Source of the DNA: Nitrospirota bacterium
Lineage (GTDB): Bacteria; Nitrospirota; UBA9217
Assembly: GCA_963818475.1 (NCBI GenBank)
Contig: CAWFSF010000006.1
Location: forward strand, 864,001-928,000
DNA: 64,000 bases
Reading direction: 5' to 3'
Shown here: in pieces, positions 19,124 through 28,175 of the stretch
How the letters are laid out: each line of letters starts with the position of its first letter
Position numbering within the stretch: the first letter of the stretch is position 1
Made by a program: the position numbers and the translations under genes
Notes under the pieces: model-generated
Told to the model about the DNA's origin: nothing
Database searches by the model: none
Seen by the model: the letters and a program-made list of their open reading frames with translations, nothing else

Positions 19124-19492
19124 ATGCGCACCTTACTCCTGGTAGAAGACAGTGCTCCTCTCCGCAAGACGCTCCAATCCATCCTGGAGGCGTCGGGTTT
19201 TAGCGTCATCGCGTGCAGCGACGGGCAGGTGGCCATCGAACAGGCGAGTCACCGGGACGTCGACGTAATGCTCGTCGATTACCGCATGCCCGGCCCCAGC
19301 GGGGCCGAGGTCACAAAAATCATACGAGAACGCCATCCTCGGGCCTGTATCATCGGGATGAGCCTTGAGGACCGGAAAAACAGCTTTCTTGCCGCAGGCG
19401 CAGACGACTTTTTGTTGAAGCCTTTCGCCATCGGGGATGTCATCAGGATCGCAGAAACCTGTGTTTTTCAACAGGAAGGCATCGGCAAGTAA
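19124..19492 (+). CDS. Single-domain response regulator
   Basis: LLVED, VDYRMP, KPF. Confidence 0.9.
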   Translation: MRTLLLVEDSAPLRKTLQSILEASGFSVIACSDGQVAIEQASHRDVDVMLVDYRMPGPSGAEVTKIIRERHPRACIIGMSLEDRKNSFLAAGADDFLLKPFAIGDVIRIAETCVFQQEGIGK

Positions 19493-19546
19493 TCTTTTGG
19501 CGTGTCATTCACAAGTGATTAACCCTAACCGATAAGGAGGCAAGCC

Positions 19547-20752
19547 ATGGGAAAGAAAATCTTTTGTACGTTCGCCGTTCTGGTACTTGCATTTTGTTTT
19601 GTCCGTAGTTCTTATGGAGAATACACGCTCACATTAAATGTTCCCCTCTACGGACAGGACACGGGATACTATTGCGGTGCGGCAAGTTCGCAGATGATCA
19701 TGATGGGGTACCCGAGTCTTGCAAGCCGACAATGTTATACCCAGGATTTCATTTACAATGCCATTCAGGCAACTAAGCAGGACAACGGGTTTTATACCGA
19801 TCCTGATGGTTTGAGAGACACCCTCATGAATCTTAATCCACCGCCGGCGGCAGGACACTTTAGCCTATTCAGCAATGCAAACCGCGATACAATAATGCAT
19901 GACATGCTTTACTGGATGTCGATACGAAGCTACCCTTCAGCCGCGCTCATTAATGGCGGCGCGCATTGGGTCGTAATTACCGGGTTTCAGACAGACATTA
20001 ATCCGCAAACAGGAAACGCGGTTCTACAGTCCATAGATGTCAACGATCCCGCTCCGGCAGACATCGCCCCGCATGACAACCCCTGTACAACAGCGAATGA
20101 GGGCAATGAGGGTGGGACCATAAGACATGTCACTGGTGCATCCTGGTTCAGCAATGACTGGCAAAATCCCAACGGATACGGCACCAAATGGCTCAATCAG
20201 TATGTTGCCGTCGTAGAGCCGCCCTCGGTGAAAGGAAGCATAACCGCAAAACAGGAGGTAGAAAAAGGCGAGGTCATATCTGCCGAGGAGGCTTTGAAAC
20301 TGTCCCTACGGCATGTAAAAGAACGAAAACTTGCCGAAAGAAAGGAGTTCAGGTACCTCAGCAAGACCAGGCCGACAAGGGCGCTGCTCGTAAACAAACG
20401 ACACAAAGGATACTATATCGTCCCATTCGAGGACGAAAACAGGCGCGCGCCGCTGGCCGTCTTACTGAACGCATATACGGGAGATTTTCAGGAAATCGGC
20501 GCATTTCGCCACCCCATCGAATATCTTTCGCAGCAGGAGGCTGTCGACATCGCTGTGTGTTCCATTCGGAAGAAGCCCGCTCGACGACCTGTCGTGGAAC
20601 TAGAGTATGCCGTTTCGGAACAGATGAAGAGCCGCTATCGGCCGTTGTGGAAGGTGACAATGGCAGAGGAAAAGACCCCGATCATTCGTTACATTTCCCA
20701 GCTTGGAGAGGTATTTACTGAAGTTACTCCGGTACCGATCGGCGGCGACTAG
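19547..20752 (+). CDS. Secreted C39-like (papain-fold) peptidase
   Basis: Signal peptide; QDTGYYCGAAS, AHWVVITG, VNDP. Confidence 0.75.
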   Translation: MGKKIFCTFAVLVLAFCFVRSSYGEYTLTLNVPLYGQDTGYYCGAASSQMIMMGYPSLASRQCYTQDFIYNAIQATKQDNGFYTDPDGLRDTLMNLNPPPAAGHFSLFSNANRDTIMHDMLYWMSIRSYPSAALINGGAHWVVITGFQTDINPQTGNAVLQSIDVNDPAPADIAPHDNPCTTANEGNEGGTIRHVTGASWFSNDWQNPNGYGTKWLNQYVAVVEPPSVKGSITAKQEVEKGEVISAEEALKLSLRHVKERKLAERKEFRYLSKTRPTRALLVNKRHKGYYIVPFEDENRRAPLAVLLNAYTGDFQEIGAFRHPIEYLSQQEAVDIAVCSIRKKPARRPVVELEYAVSEQMKSRYRPLWKVTMAEEKTPIIRYISQLGEVFTEVTPVPIGGD

Positions 20753-20888
20753 CCGGATAACCTCACTCGGGTCGCGGAAAGTAGGTTAGGCTGTCTGGCT
20801 CAGGCTATGTGGACAACCTCCAGATCGTTCTTCCAATCTAATGGACCCCTGTGCCGCCCAGATGCATTTTTTAAACGTGAGGTAAACC

Positions 20889-22121
20889 ATGGTTCCTGAT
20901 GAGAGCGAGAATGGGAGCGGCGTTTTGAACGCGATCGCCGATCCTGTATTGATCATAGACAAGGACTTCAAGCTCGTTTTTGCAAACAATGCGGCGCTCG
21001 ATCTTTGGAGCGTGAGCCGCGACCAGGTCCTCGGCAAAGAATGCCGCGACCTGTCCCCCCGCTGCATCCTGCCCTGTGCGCCGGATAACTGCCCGCATCA
21101 GGAGGTCTTCGCGACGAACAGGCCGCTGCAGGTCAAGCGTACATTCTGCTGCACGGACGGAAATGAGAAGATATTCAGCATGACTGCCTCGCCGTTTACG
21201 GACGCCGACGGCAAGGTCGTCCGGATGATCGAGGTGCTGCGCGATATTACCGAGGCGGAAAATGCGGCGAAGGCCCTGCAAAAGGGCGAGGCGCCCATCA
21301 CGAAAGTACGGATGCTCGAAGAGCAGCTGCTGCATGCCCATAAGATGGCGGCCATGGGCACGCTCGCCGGAGGCATTGCGCATGATTTCAACAATATCCT
21401 GTTCGCGATCATCGGCTATGGCAGCCTCATCCAGATGACGCTGAAGCCCGATGATCCCTCCCTGCCTCATCTGAAGGAAATGCTCGATGCCGGGGAACGG
21501 GCGGCAAGGCTTACGCGGGGGCTTCTTGCGTTCAGCAGGAAAGGGTCGATGGGTCTGAGGGCAGTGAAGGTCACCGACCTCATTGGGGACTTCAGAAATA
21601 TGCTCGAGCGGATCATCGGCGAAGACATCGAGTTTCGCGTCGCAGCCGACCCCGACCCGGGAGAGCTGATCGTTCAGGCCGATACGGGCCAGATCGAACA
21701 GGTGTTGATGAACCTTGCCGCGAACGCACGGGACGCCATGCCGCGCGGAGGGACGCTGACCATAGAAACGGAACGCGTGACCATGGACAGCGGCTTCATC
21801 GCGCTGCACGGCTTCGGCCAGCCGGGCAGCTATGCCGCGATCGTTGTCACGGACACGGGCACGGGAATGGCCGATGCGACCAGGAGGAGGATCTTTGAGC
21901 CCTACTTTACCACCAAGGAACCGGGAAAGGGCACCGGGCTCGGTCTCTCCATAGCGTTCGGCATCGTCAAGCAGCATAGTGGCTTTCTCGAATGTCAAAG
22001 CGAACCGGGGAAGGGGACGACGTTCACGATCTATCTCCCTGTTGCAGCCGCGGCTGAACAATCCTTCTCCCAATCAAAGTTGCGAGACACACGACAAAAG
22101 CGATGTAAAACTCTGATTTGA
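20889..22121 (+). CDS. PAS sensor histidine kinase
   Basis: PAS domain; AHDFNN, NARDA, DTGTG, GTGLGL; no receiver domain. Confidence 0.9.
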   Translation: MVPDESENGSGVLNAIADPVLIIDKDFKLVFANNAALDLWSVSRDQVLGKECRDLSPRCILPCAPDNCPHQEVFATNRPLQVKRTFCCTDGNEKIFSMTASPFTDADGKVVRMIEVLRDITEAENAAKALQKGEAPITKVRMLEEQLLHAHKMAAMGTLAGGIAHDFNNILFAIIGYGSLIQMTLKPDDPSLPHLKEMLDAGERAARLTRGLLAFSRKGSMGLRAVKVTDLIGDFRNMLERIIGEDIEFRVAADPDPGELIVQADTGQIEQVLMNLAANARDAMPRGGTLTIETERVTMDSGFIALHGFGQPGSYAAIVVTDTGTGMADATRRRIFEPYFTTKEPGKGTGLGLSIAFGIVKQHSGFLECQSEPGKGTTFTIYLPVAAAAEQSFSQSKLRDTRQKRCKTLI

Positions 22122-22444
22122 GACGACTATATTTTTAAGGCGTGTGGATAACTTCCGGTTACTCCCTCTGATTTAAAAAAATCCTTCATTTTGTAAACAA
22201 ACATCAACTTATCAATGAATTACGTTGCGATGCCTCATTGGAATCCAGGCTGCATTGCCTATAAATAGGCTTGCTGCGTCTGATAGCTACCGGGGAAAAA
22301 GTGCGAAAAATTAGGGATTCCCCGGTTGCAAAGCGGTTCTAAAGCTGTTATTGATACTAAAGACTGAAAACAGTTTGTTGCAGCGGAGATTCTCAAGCGA
22401 GTTGTTCGAAGCAGCCGAATATCCTTCAAGGGGGCAAATCCGAT

Positions 22445-22951
22445 ATGTACGATCTGTCGAAAAAAGACGCCAACAGCCTGATCGAGATCATTCATGAGAG
22501 CCTGAACTGCAATACTTTGCACGCATTCCACCGGCTTGTCCAAAAACTTCGGCAACTGACGCCGGATAATCTCGGGATCGACTTTTCGCACAATGCGGGA
22601 GAGCATGCATCTAATGAAATCGAGCAAATCTTCCCTGGTAAAAATATCGCTGGTCCCTTCAGCCGGGCCGAAATCATAATGAATTATGCCTTGCCGCATC
22701 TTCGCCAGGCCCTTTCCCGAGTTACTAAGGAAGAAAGTCAAAAACCAACAACGATGCTCTCTTGCAGGGAGAGGGAGGTACTGCGATGGATGAGCGAAGG
22801 GAAGTGCACCTGGGACATATCCCGGATCCTGCGGATCACGGAACGGACCGTATACTATCATAGCCAGAACATCATGCATAAGCTCGAGGCGACAAGCCGT
22901 TCCCACGCGGTTTCCATCGCCCTTAAACGGGGGATCATCGAGCTTCATTGA
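22445..22951 (+). CDS. LuxR-family regulator with shortened autoinducer-binding region
   Basis: LSCREREVLRWMSEGKCTWDISRILRITERTV HTH; only 168 aa. Confidence 0.85.
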   Translation: MYDLSKKDANSLIEIIHESLNCNTLHAFHRLVQKLRQLTPDNLGIDFSHNAGEHASNEIEQIFPGKNIAGPFSRAEIIMNYALPHLRQALSRVTKEESQKPTTMLSCREREVLRWMSEGKCTWDISRILRITERTVYYHSQNIMHKLEATSRSHAVSIALKRGIIELH

Positions 22952-23224
22952 GCAACCAAACGTCAACAGTAGTGGAGCAACAACTGCACGGTCAAATTGA
23001 TCGTGCCTTTATTCGCATTATTATGCATTGGAATGCAATTTTATGATAATACCCTAAAAATACCCTGACAATATTTTTATTCATAAAAACAATGCGTTTA
23101 TCATTATTTCATAGCTGATGCTGTATGAATTTAAAAATTTAGGTTGATAAATATATAAAGTGTTGCTATAGTCGCGCACTAGTACGAAAGTATTAGCAAG
23201 TAGAATACGAATTAGACCTTGTCC

Positions 23225-23306
23225 CATCTTCGCAAGCTCGAGGCAACAAGCCGATCTCACGCAGTTGCCATCGGCCTTCAAGTGGGGGATCATCGAGTCT
23301 CATTGA
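23225..23306 (+). pseudogene. Degenerate duplicate of the luxR 3' end
   Basis: aagctcgaggcaacaagccgatctcacgc..gggatcatcgag..cattga resembles 22880-22951. Confidence 0.75.
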
Positions 23307-23364
23307 AAATTTGATTATTACGTAATAAGCCGCATCGACTTTTGAGCTCTCTAACGGAGGTACT

Positions 23365-24846
23365 ATGGCCTGCAAGCTGTTCCCTTATCCGTCAGCTCGT
23401 TCTGGATCCGCGCTGATCCTGATGACCCTCATTACTGTCTTATTGGTGGCCGCACTATCCGGTTGCAGCGGCGGCAAAGGCGGCTCCATGCCGTCTCCTT
23501 CGAATGTCGGCGGAGGCTTCACGCTTGTTGCTTCCGGCGGTACATTGGATGACGGGTCAGGGGTGAACGGACTTGCGGTACTGGTGACCCTGCGGGACGA
23601 AAGCGGGAACGGACCGGCAATCCCCTGGACTCTTTCGATCACCGGGCCGGGTTTCGCTGCTCCGCTTTCGATATCTTATGATGATGGTTCCCCGTCCAGT
23701 TATATGGCCTGGTGGTGGGACAGCTTTGATCCGCAGCCCGGCAGGTATACAGCTACAGCCACGAACGGTGCCACCGTTCTTACCTATGCTTTTGAGATCA
23801 ACACCACAACCATCAATCTATCGCAGCCCACGCTGAATAAATCCGGCAGTATAATTTCCTGGAACACGGTACCCGGCGCGGGTTCCTATTATTATGAAAT
23901 GACAGACGGATCACACGCGCTTCCGATTACATCCGGTTATTTTGAATCTGACCCTCTTGTCAGCCAATATTCTTTTTCTATCCCGACCTTGGAAAATGGC
24001 AGCTATCTCGTTTCAGTCTATGCCCTGACCAATAACCGTTTTACTCTTTCTTCCGATAGTGCTTCCTGGCCTTCTCTTCCCGTGCAAAACAACGATTCTC
24101 TTGCCACGATCGATTTTGTACAAGGAGGAACGGGCTCGGGCTATGTTCTGGATGCTCGCGGAGGTGTGTTGTATGAAGGTCTGTATTCCGCGGGATCGGA
24201 GACGCCCGCTGATTATTACGGAATTGTAATCTGGACTTCGATCGTTACGACCTCTACGCCGTCGACAGCGCCGGCGGGAGACTGGAATCTGACCGTAACA
24301 GGTCCGGGAATCACGACGGCTCTGACGTTCTCCTATCCGCGGACGGATTCTCACTACATCTGGTGGGATTTCGGCACGATTCCCGCTCCGGGCACCTACA
24401 CGGTCACGGCAACGCCTGCTGCAGGCGGTTCCTCGTTAATCCAAACGTTCACGGTTCCTTCTCCGACAGCAAAATTGCCGGTTGCAACCGGACTGAGCGC
24501 AACCCCCTCAAACGGCGGCGGGGCAGCGCTAAATTGGAATACCGTTGCAGGCGCGAATTCCTATTACGTAAACATTTGGACGTGCGTGGGGACCGGAAGT
24601 GTCAATACTGAGACTGGTTGTACAAATGAGGGAACGTATTCGGAAATTGCCGGCGGCTGGAGCAATTCAACGTCCCTCACGATCTCGAACGGCAGCTTGA
24701 CAAAAGGCCTTGTGTATGACCTGTACGTGACCGCTTCGGAACTCGATATGATGGACATGAATTCCGTGCCGGTTCCCGTCAGCCCCGGATCGCAGGTCAA
24801 TATGTCGGATACCACGTTCACCTATACGACCTTTACCGCGTTATAA
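23365..24846 (+). CDS. Lipoprotein with duplicated beta-rich domain
   Basis: Lipobox LSGC; internal repeat WTLSITGPG/WNLTVTGPG and WNTVPGAGSYY/WNTVAGANSYY. Confidence 0.75.
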   Translation: MACKLFPYPSARSGSALILMTLITVLLVAALSGCSGGKGGSMPSPSNVGGGFTLVASGGTLDDGSGVNGLAVLVTLRDESGNGPAIPWTLSITGPGFAAPLSISYDDGSPSSYMAWWWDSFDPQPGRYTATATNGATVLTYAFEINTTTINLSQPTLNKSGSIISWNTVPGAGSYYYEMTDGSHALPITSGYFESDPLVSQYSFSIPTLENGSYLVSVYALTNNRFTLSSDSASWPSLPVQNNDSLATIDFVQGGTGSGYVLDARGGVLYEGLYSAGSETPADYYGIVIWTSIVTTSTPSTAPAGDWNLTVTGPGITTALTFSYPRTDSHYIWWDFGTIPAPGTYTVTATPAAGGSSLIQTFTVPSPTAKLPVATGLSATPSNGGGAALNWNTVAGANSYYVNIWTCVGTGSVNTETGCTNEGTYSEIAGGWSNSTSLTISNGSLTKGLVYDLYVTASELDMMDMNSVPVPVSPGSQVNMSDTTFTYTTFTAL

Positions 24847-24915
24847 GACTCTTCCCTTCCCCTTCAAAGGAGGGGTTAGGGGAGGGGGCGTACCAAAATT
24901 CAAGGAGGACCCGGA

Positions 24916-26574
24916 ATGAAAGCGTCGATAGCAAAAATACTTCTCCTTCTTCTGCTGGTATCTTTAACAGCGTGCGGAGGCGGAGGAGGCGGGCTTTCTG
25001 GAGGCGGCGGCTCAGAGGATACTATCGCACCTTCTGTTCCCACCGGTTTGGTTGCGACGGCGAATTCCACGAGCCAAATTACCCTTACATGGAACGCCTC
25101 CACTGATGATGTGGGTGTTGCCGGGTATGACGTTGAGAATGGAATCTTCGTTACAAACACGAGCGAGGTACTTACAAATCTTGCGCCCAGTACACAGTAC
25201 TGCTTTAGCGTAAAAGCACGCGACGCTGCTTATAATTATTCCTCCTCCAGCGCACAAGTCTGTGCCAGCACGCTCAATCCCACCGGCTGGAGTCCCGCGA
25301 TCCAACTCGGCGAACGGAGGGATTCCTTGGATTACGACCTTTATTCCCCGCGCGCTGCCTTGAATGACAGTAATGCGGGTATCGCTGTCTGGGATGACAG
25401 CTATAGGTACTTCCCGTACATAGGACGCATAGTAGCGAACGTCTACAGGAATGGAAGCTGGGGAACGCCTGTCATTATTTCCCGTGATCTGCCGAGCTCG
25501 CACACGCCCAGTCTGGCAATGAATGCGAACGGGAATGGCGCGGCTGTCTGGTCGATGGCGACCAGCACTACCACGGACATAGGGATTGGGGCCAGCCTCT
25601 ATACAGCTGCGACAAACTCCTGGTCAGCCCCGGTCAGGATATGCGATCCGTTCACCGGTTATTTTTCAGCCCCCAAAGCTGCCATGGATTCATTAGGCAA
25701 TGTCGTTGCTATCTGGCTGTATGAGGGGGACGTATGGACAAGCCGCTATAGCGGCAGTGCATGGAGCAGCCCCGAGCTGCTGAGCAGCGGGACGAACTAC
25801 GTGTATTCAGCGGAGCTGAAGATCGGCGGCGATAATAATGCATTCGTGGTCTATTCCGAGGAGACCAGCCCCGGCTTATCTAGTTCAAACATTTTTGCAC
25901 GAATTTACACGGCATCAACCGCCACGTGGGGCACGTCTTCGACCCTGATCGGCAAACCTACCGTCACAACCGATGACGCAGCCAATCCCGTTATTTCAGT
26001 CTATGCGAACGGCGATGCGGTCGTGGCATGGGAAATGACTCATTACAACGGTTCCGCCTATGAATACTCCATCGCGGCCAATTTTTACAGCAGCCTTCTC
26101 TCCTGGCAGACAGCGACGAACGTGACGGCCAGTACAACTGCGTACAAGGAGTTTCCCGCTGTTGCCATCGATGGAACGGGCAATGCTTTTGTCGGGTGGC
26201 AGGAGAACTTATTCCCCGACAGGCAGGGATGGATGAGCAGGTATGATTCCGGTGCAAAAACGTGGAGCCCTGCCGAGCGGTTCGATACAGATGACATATA
26301 TTACGATATCTCGGATATCGCGATCGATGTCGACGGAAACGGAAACGCCCTCTTCGCCTATCGCCAGGGACGGGTGCACACGCGCTGGTACATGACAGCA
26401 TCGGGATGGGCTGCTACGGCATGGACACCGGTCCCGTCCGACTTTGATAATGCTCCCGGATTCAGTCTCGATGTCAACAACACGGGCAATGCTCTCGTGG
26501 TTACGCGTGAGATGGTCAGGGACTACGTGGGGACGTCATGGACGCCTTTCGCAAACCATTATACGAAACCGTAA
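24916..26574 (+). CDS. Lipoprotein with fibronectin type III and propeller-like repeats
   Basis: LTAC; DTIAPSVPTGL..WNASTDDVGVAGY..VKARDAA. Confidence 0.8.
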   Translation: MKASIAKILLLLLLVSLTACGGGGGGLSGGGGSEDTIAPSVPTGLVATANSTSQITLTWNASTDDVGVAGYDVENGIFVTNTSEVLTNLAPSTQYCFSVKARDAAYNYSSSSAQVCASTLNPTGWSPAIQLGERRDSLDYDLYSPRAALNDSNAGIAVWDDSYRYFPYIGRIVANVYRNGSWGTPVIISRDLPSSHTPSLAMNANGNGAAVWSMATSTTTDIGIGASLYTAATNSWSAPVRICDPFTGYFSAPKAAMDSLGNVVAIWLYEGDVWTSRYSGSAWSSPELLSSGTNYVYSAELKIGGDNNAFVVYSEETSPGLSSSNIFARIYTASTATWGTSSTLIGKPTVTTDDAANPVISVYANGDAVVAWEMTHYNGSAYEYSIAANFYSSLLSWQTATNVTASTTAYKEFPAVAIDGTGNAFVGWQENLFPDRQGWMSRYDSGAKTWSPAERFDTDDIYYDISDIAIDVDGNGNALFAYRQGRVHTRWYMTASGWAATAWTPVPSDFDNAPGFSLDVNNTGNALVVTREMVRDYVGTSWTPFANHYTKP

Positions 26575-26600
26575 AACGGACCAAACAATTGGAGACCGCC

Positions 26601-28064
26601 ATGCAAACTAACAGATCTCGCTGGATCAAGTGGACGGAATTGTTCTTTGTCATGCTCCTTCTGGCAGCCTGCAGCAGCGGAGGCGGAAGCCAGAGCGCAA
26701 GCGACAGCGGAGGATCGTCAGACAAACTGAGAAGTGACGGCACGTGGACCCAGGTCAGCGGGGCGACTACTGCTGATCAGCTCGGGACCTACGGCACGAA
26801 GAGTGTACCGGCATCCTCCAACATGCCCGGCGCCCGCTTTTCCTCGATGTCGTGGACCGATGGGAGCGGAAATTTGTGGCTCTTCGGCGGCGGATATTTC
26901 GATTCCGAAAGCAAGCTTCACTATCTGAACGACCTCTGGAAATTCGATCGCGGCAGCCGCGAGTGGACATGGGTGAGCGGGTCCGATACCCCGGACCAAT
27001 GGGGGACCTACGGCACAAAGGGCACTGCCACTGTAGACAATGTCCCGGGCGGGCGCTATGCAGCCGTCTCCTGGATCGACGGGACCGGCAACCTTTGGCT
27101 GTTCGGCGGCACCGGGTTCGACGCATCCGGCAACGATGACGCTCTCAACGATCTTTGGAAATTCGATCCGGTCACCCGCAACTGGACCTGGGTGAGCGGT
27201 TCGGACACGGTCGGCCAGATGGGAACCTACGGCGACAAAGGCGTGGCGGCTCCGACGAATGTACCGGGCGCCCGTGACCAGGCAGTCTCCGGGATCGATG
27301 CGAACGGGATTTTCTGGCTCTTCGGCGGTTTCGGCTACGATTCGAGCACGTTCGGCGGGCATCTCAATGACCTCTGGAAGTTCGATCCAACGAGCGGCAA
27401 CTGGACCTGGGTTAACGGAGCAAAGACCGGCGACCAGCGGGGAAATTACGGCACAAAAGGCACGGCGGACAGCGCCAATGTCCCGGGAGGACGTGATGGG
27501 GCCTTCTTCTGGATCGACAGCAGCGGCACTCTGTGGCTTTTCGGCGGGTATGGCCTCGACTCCAGCCCGATCGGCACGCCGGGTCCTCTGAATGACCTTT
27601 GGAAATTTGACGGCACCAACTGGACGTGGGTGAGCGGGGGGAATCTCATCTCGCAATATGGCTCTTACGGATCGAGAGGCTTCTCATCTGCTTCGAATGT
27701 TCCCGGATCGCGCAATGGCGGAGTATCCTGGATCGACGGTAACGGCAGCCTGTGGCTTTTCGGCGGATACGGTTACGCGAGCCGGCCTAGTGGCGGGGCC
27801 CTGAACGATCTGTGGAAATTCAATCCGGTCAGCGGCGAATGGATCTGGGTGAGCGGAGCCAGCTCCGGCAATCAGTCCGGTTCAGGCACGGTGCCCGGAT
27901 CGCGCATGTACACGCCTGCGTCCTGGATCGATGCGAACGGAAACTTATGGCTGTTCGGAGGATATGGTTTCGACTCCGCCGGCACACTTGGCTGCCTTAA
28001 CGATCTGTGGCGCGCTGCTGTCACTACTCACTGGGTGTGGTGGGCCGCTCCTTCCGTCCTTTGA
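26601..28064 (+). CDS. Kelch-like repeat lipoprotein
   Basis: LAAC; six WID.GNLWLFGG...LNDLWKF repeats. Confidence 0.85.
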   Translation: MQTNRSRWIKWTELFFVMLLLAACSSGGGSQSASDSGGSSDKLRSDGTWTQVSGATTADQLGTYGTKSVPASSNMPGARFSSMSWTDGSGNLWLFGGGYFDSESKLHYLNDLWKFDRGSREWTWVSGSDTPDQWGTYGTKGTATVDNVPGGRYAAVSWIDGTGNLWLFGGTGFDASGNDDALNDLWKFDPVTRNWTWVSGSDTVGQMGTYGDKGVAAPTNVPGARDQAVSGIDANGIFWLFGGFGYDSSTFGGHLNDLWKFDPTSGNWTWVNGAKTGDQRGNYGTKGTADSANVPGGRDGAFFWIDSSGTLWLFGGYGLDSSPIGTPGPLNDLWKFDGTNWTWVSGGNLISQYGSYGSRGFSSASNVPGSRNGGVSWIDGNGSLWLFGGYGYASRPSGGALNDLWKFNPVSGEWIWVSGASSGNQSGSGTVPGSRMYTPASWIDANGNLWLFGGYGFDSAGTLGCLNDLWRAAVTTHWVWWAAPSVL

Positions 28065-28175
28065 TCCTATTGAAGTTGCTGAGATCGGTGAGTAGCTAAA
28101 GGAATTTACTAGAAATATTTTTTTTGAATTTTTGAAGAGTTTGGGATGTAACGGGCTACCTTAAGGAGGCAGGCT

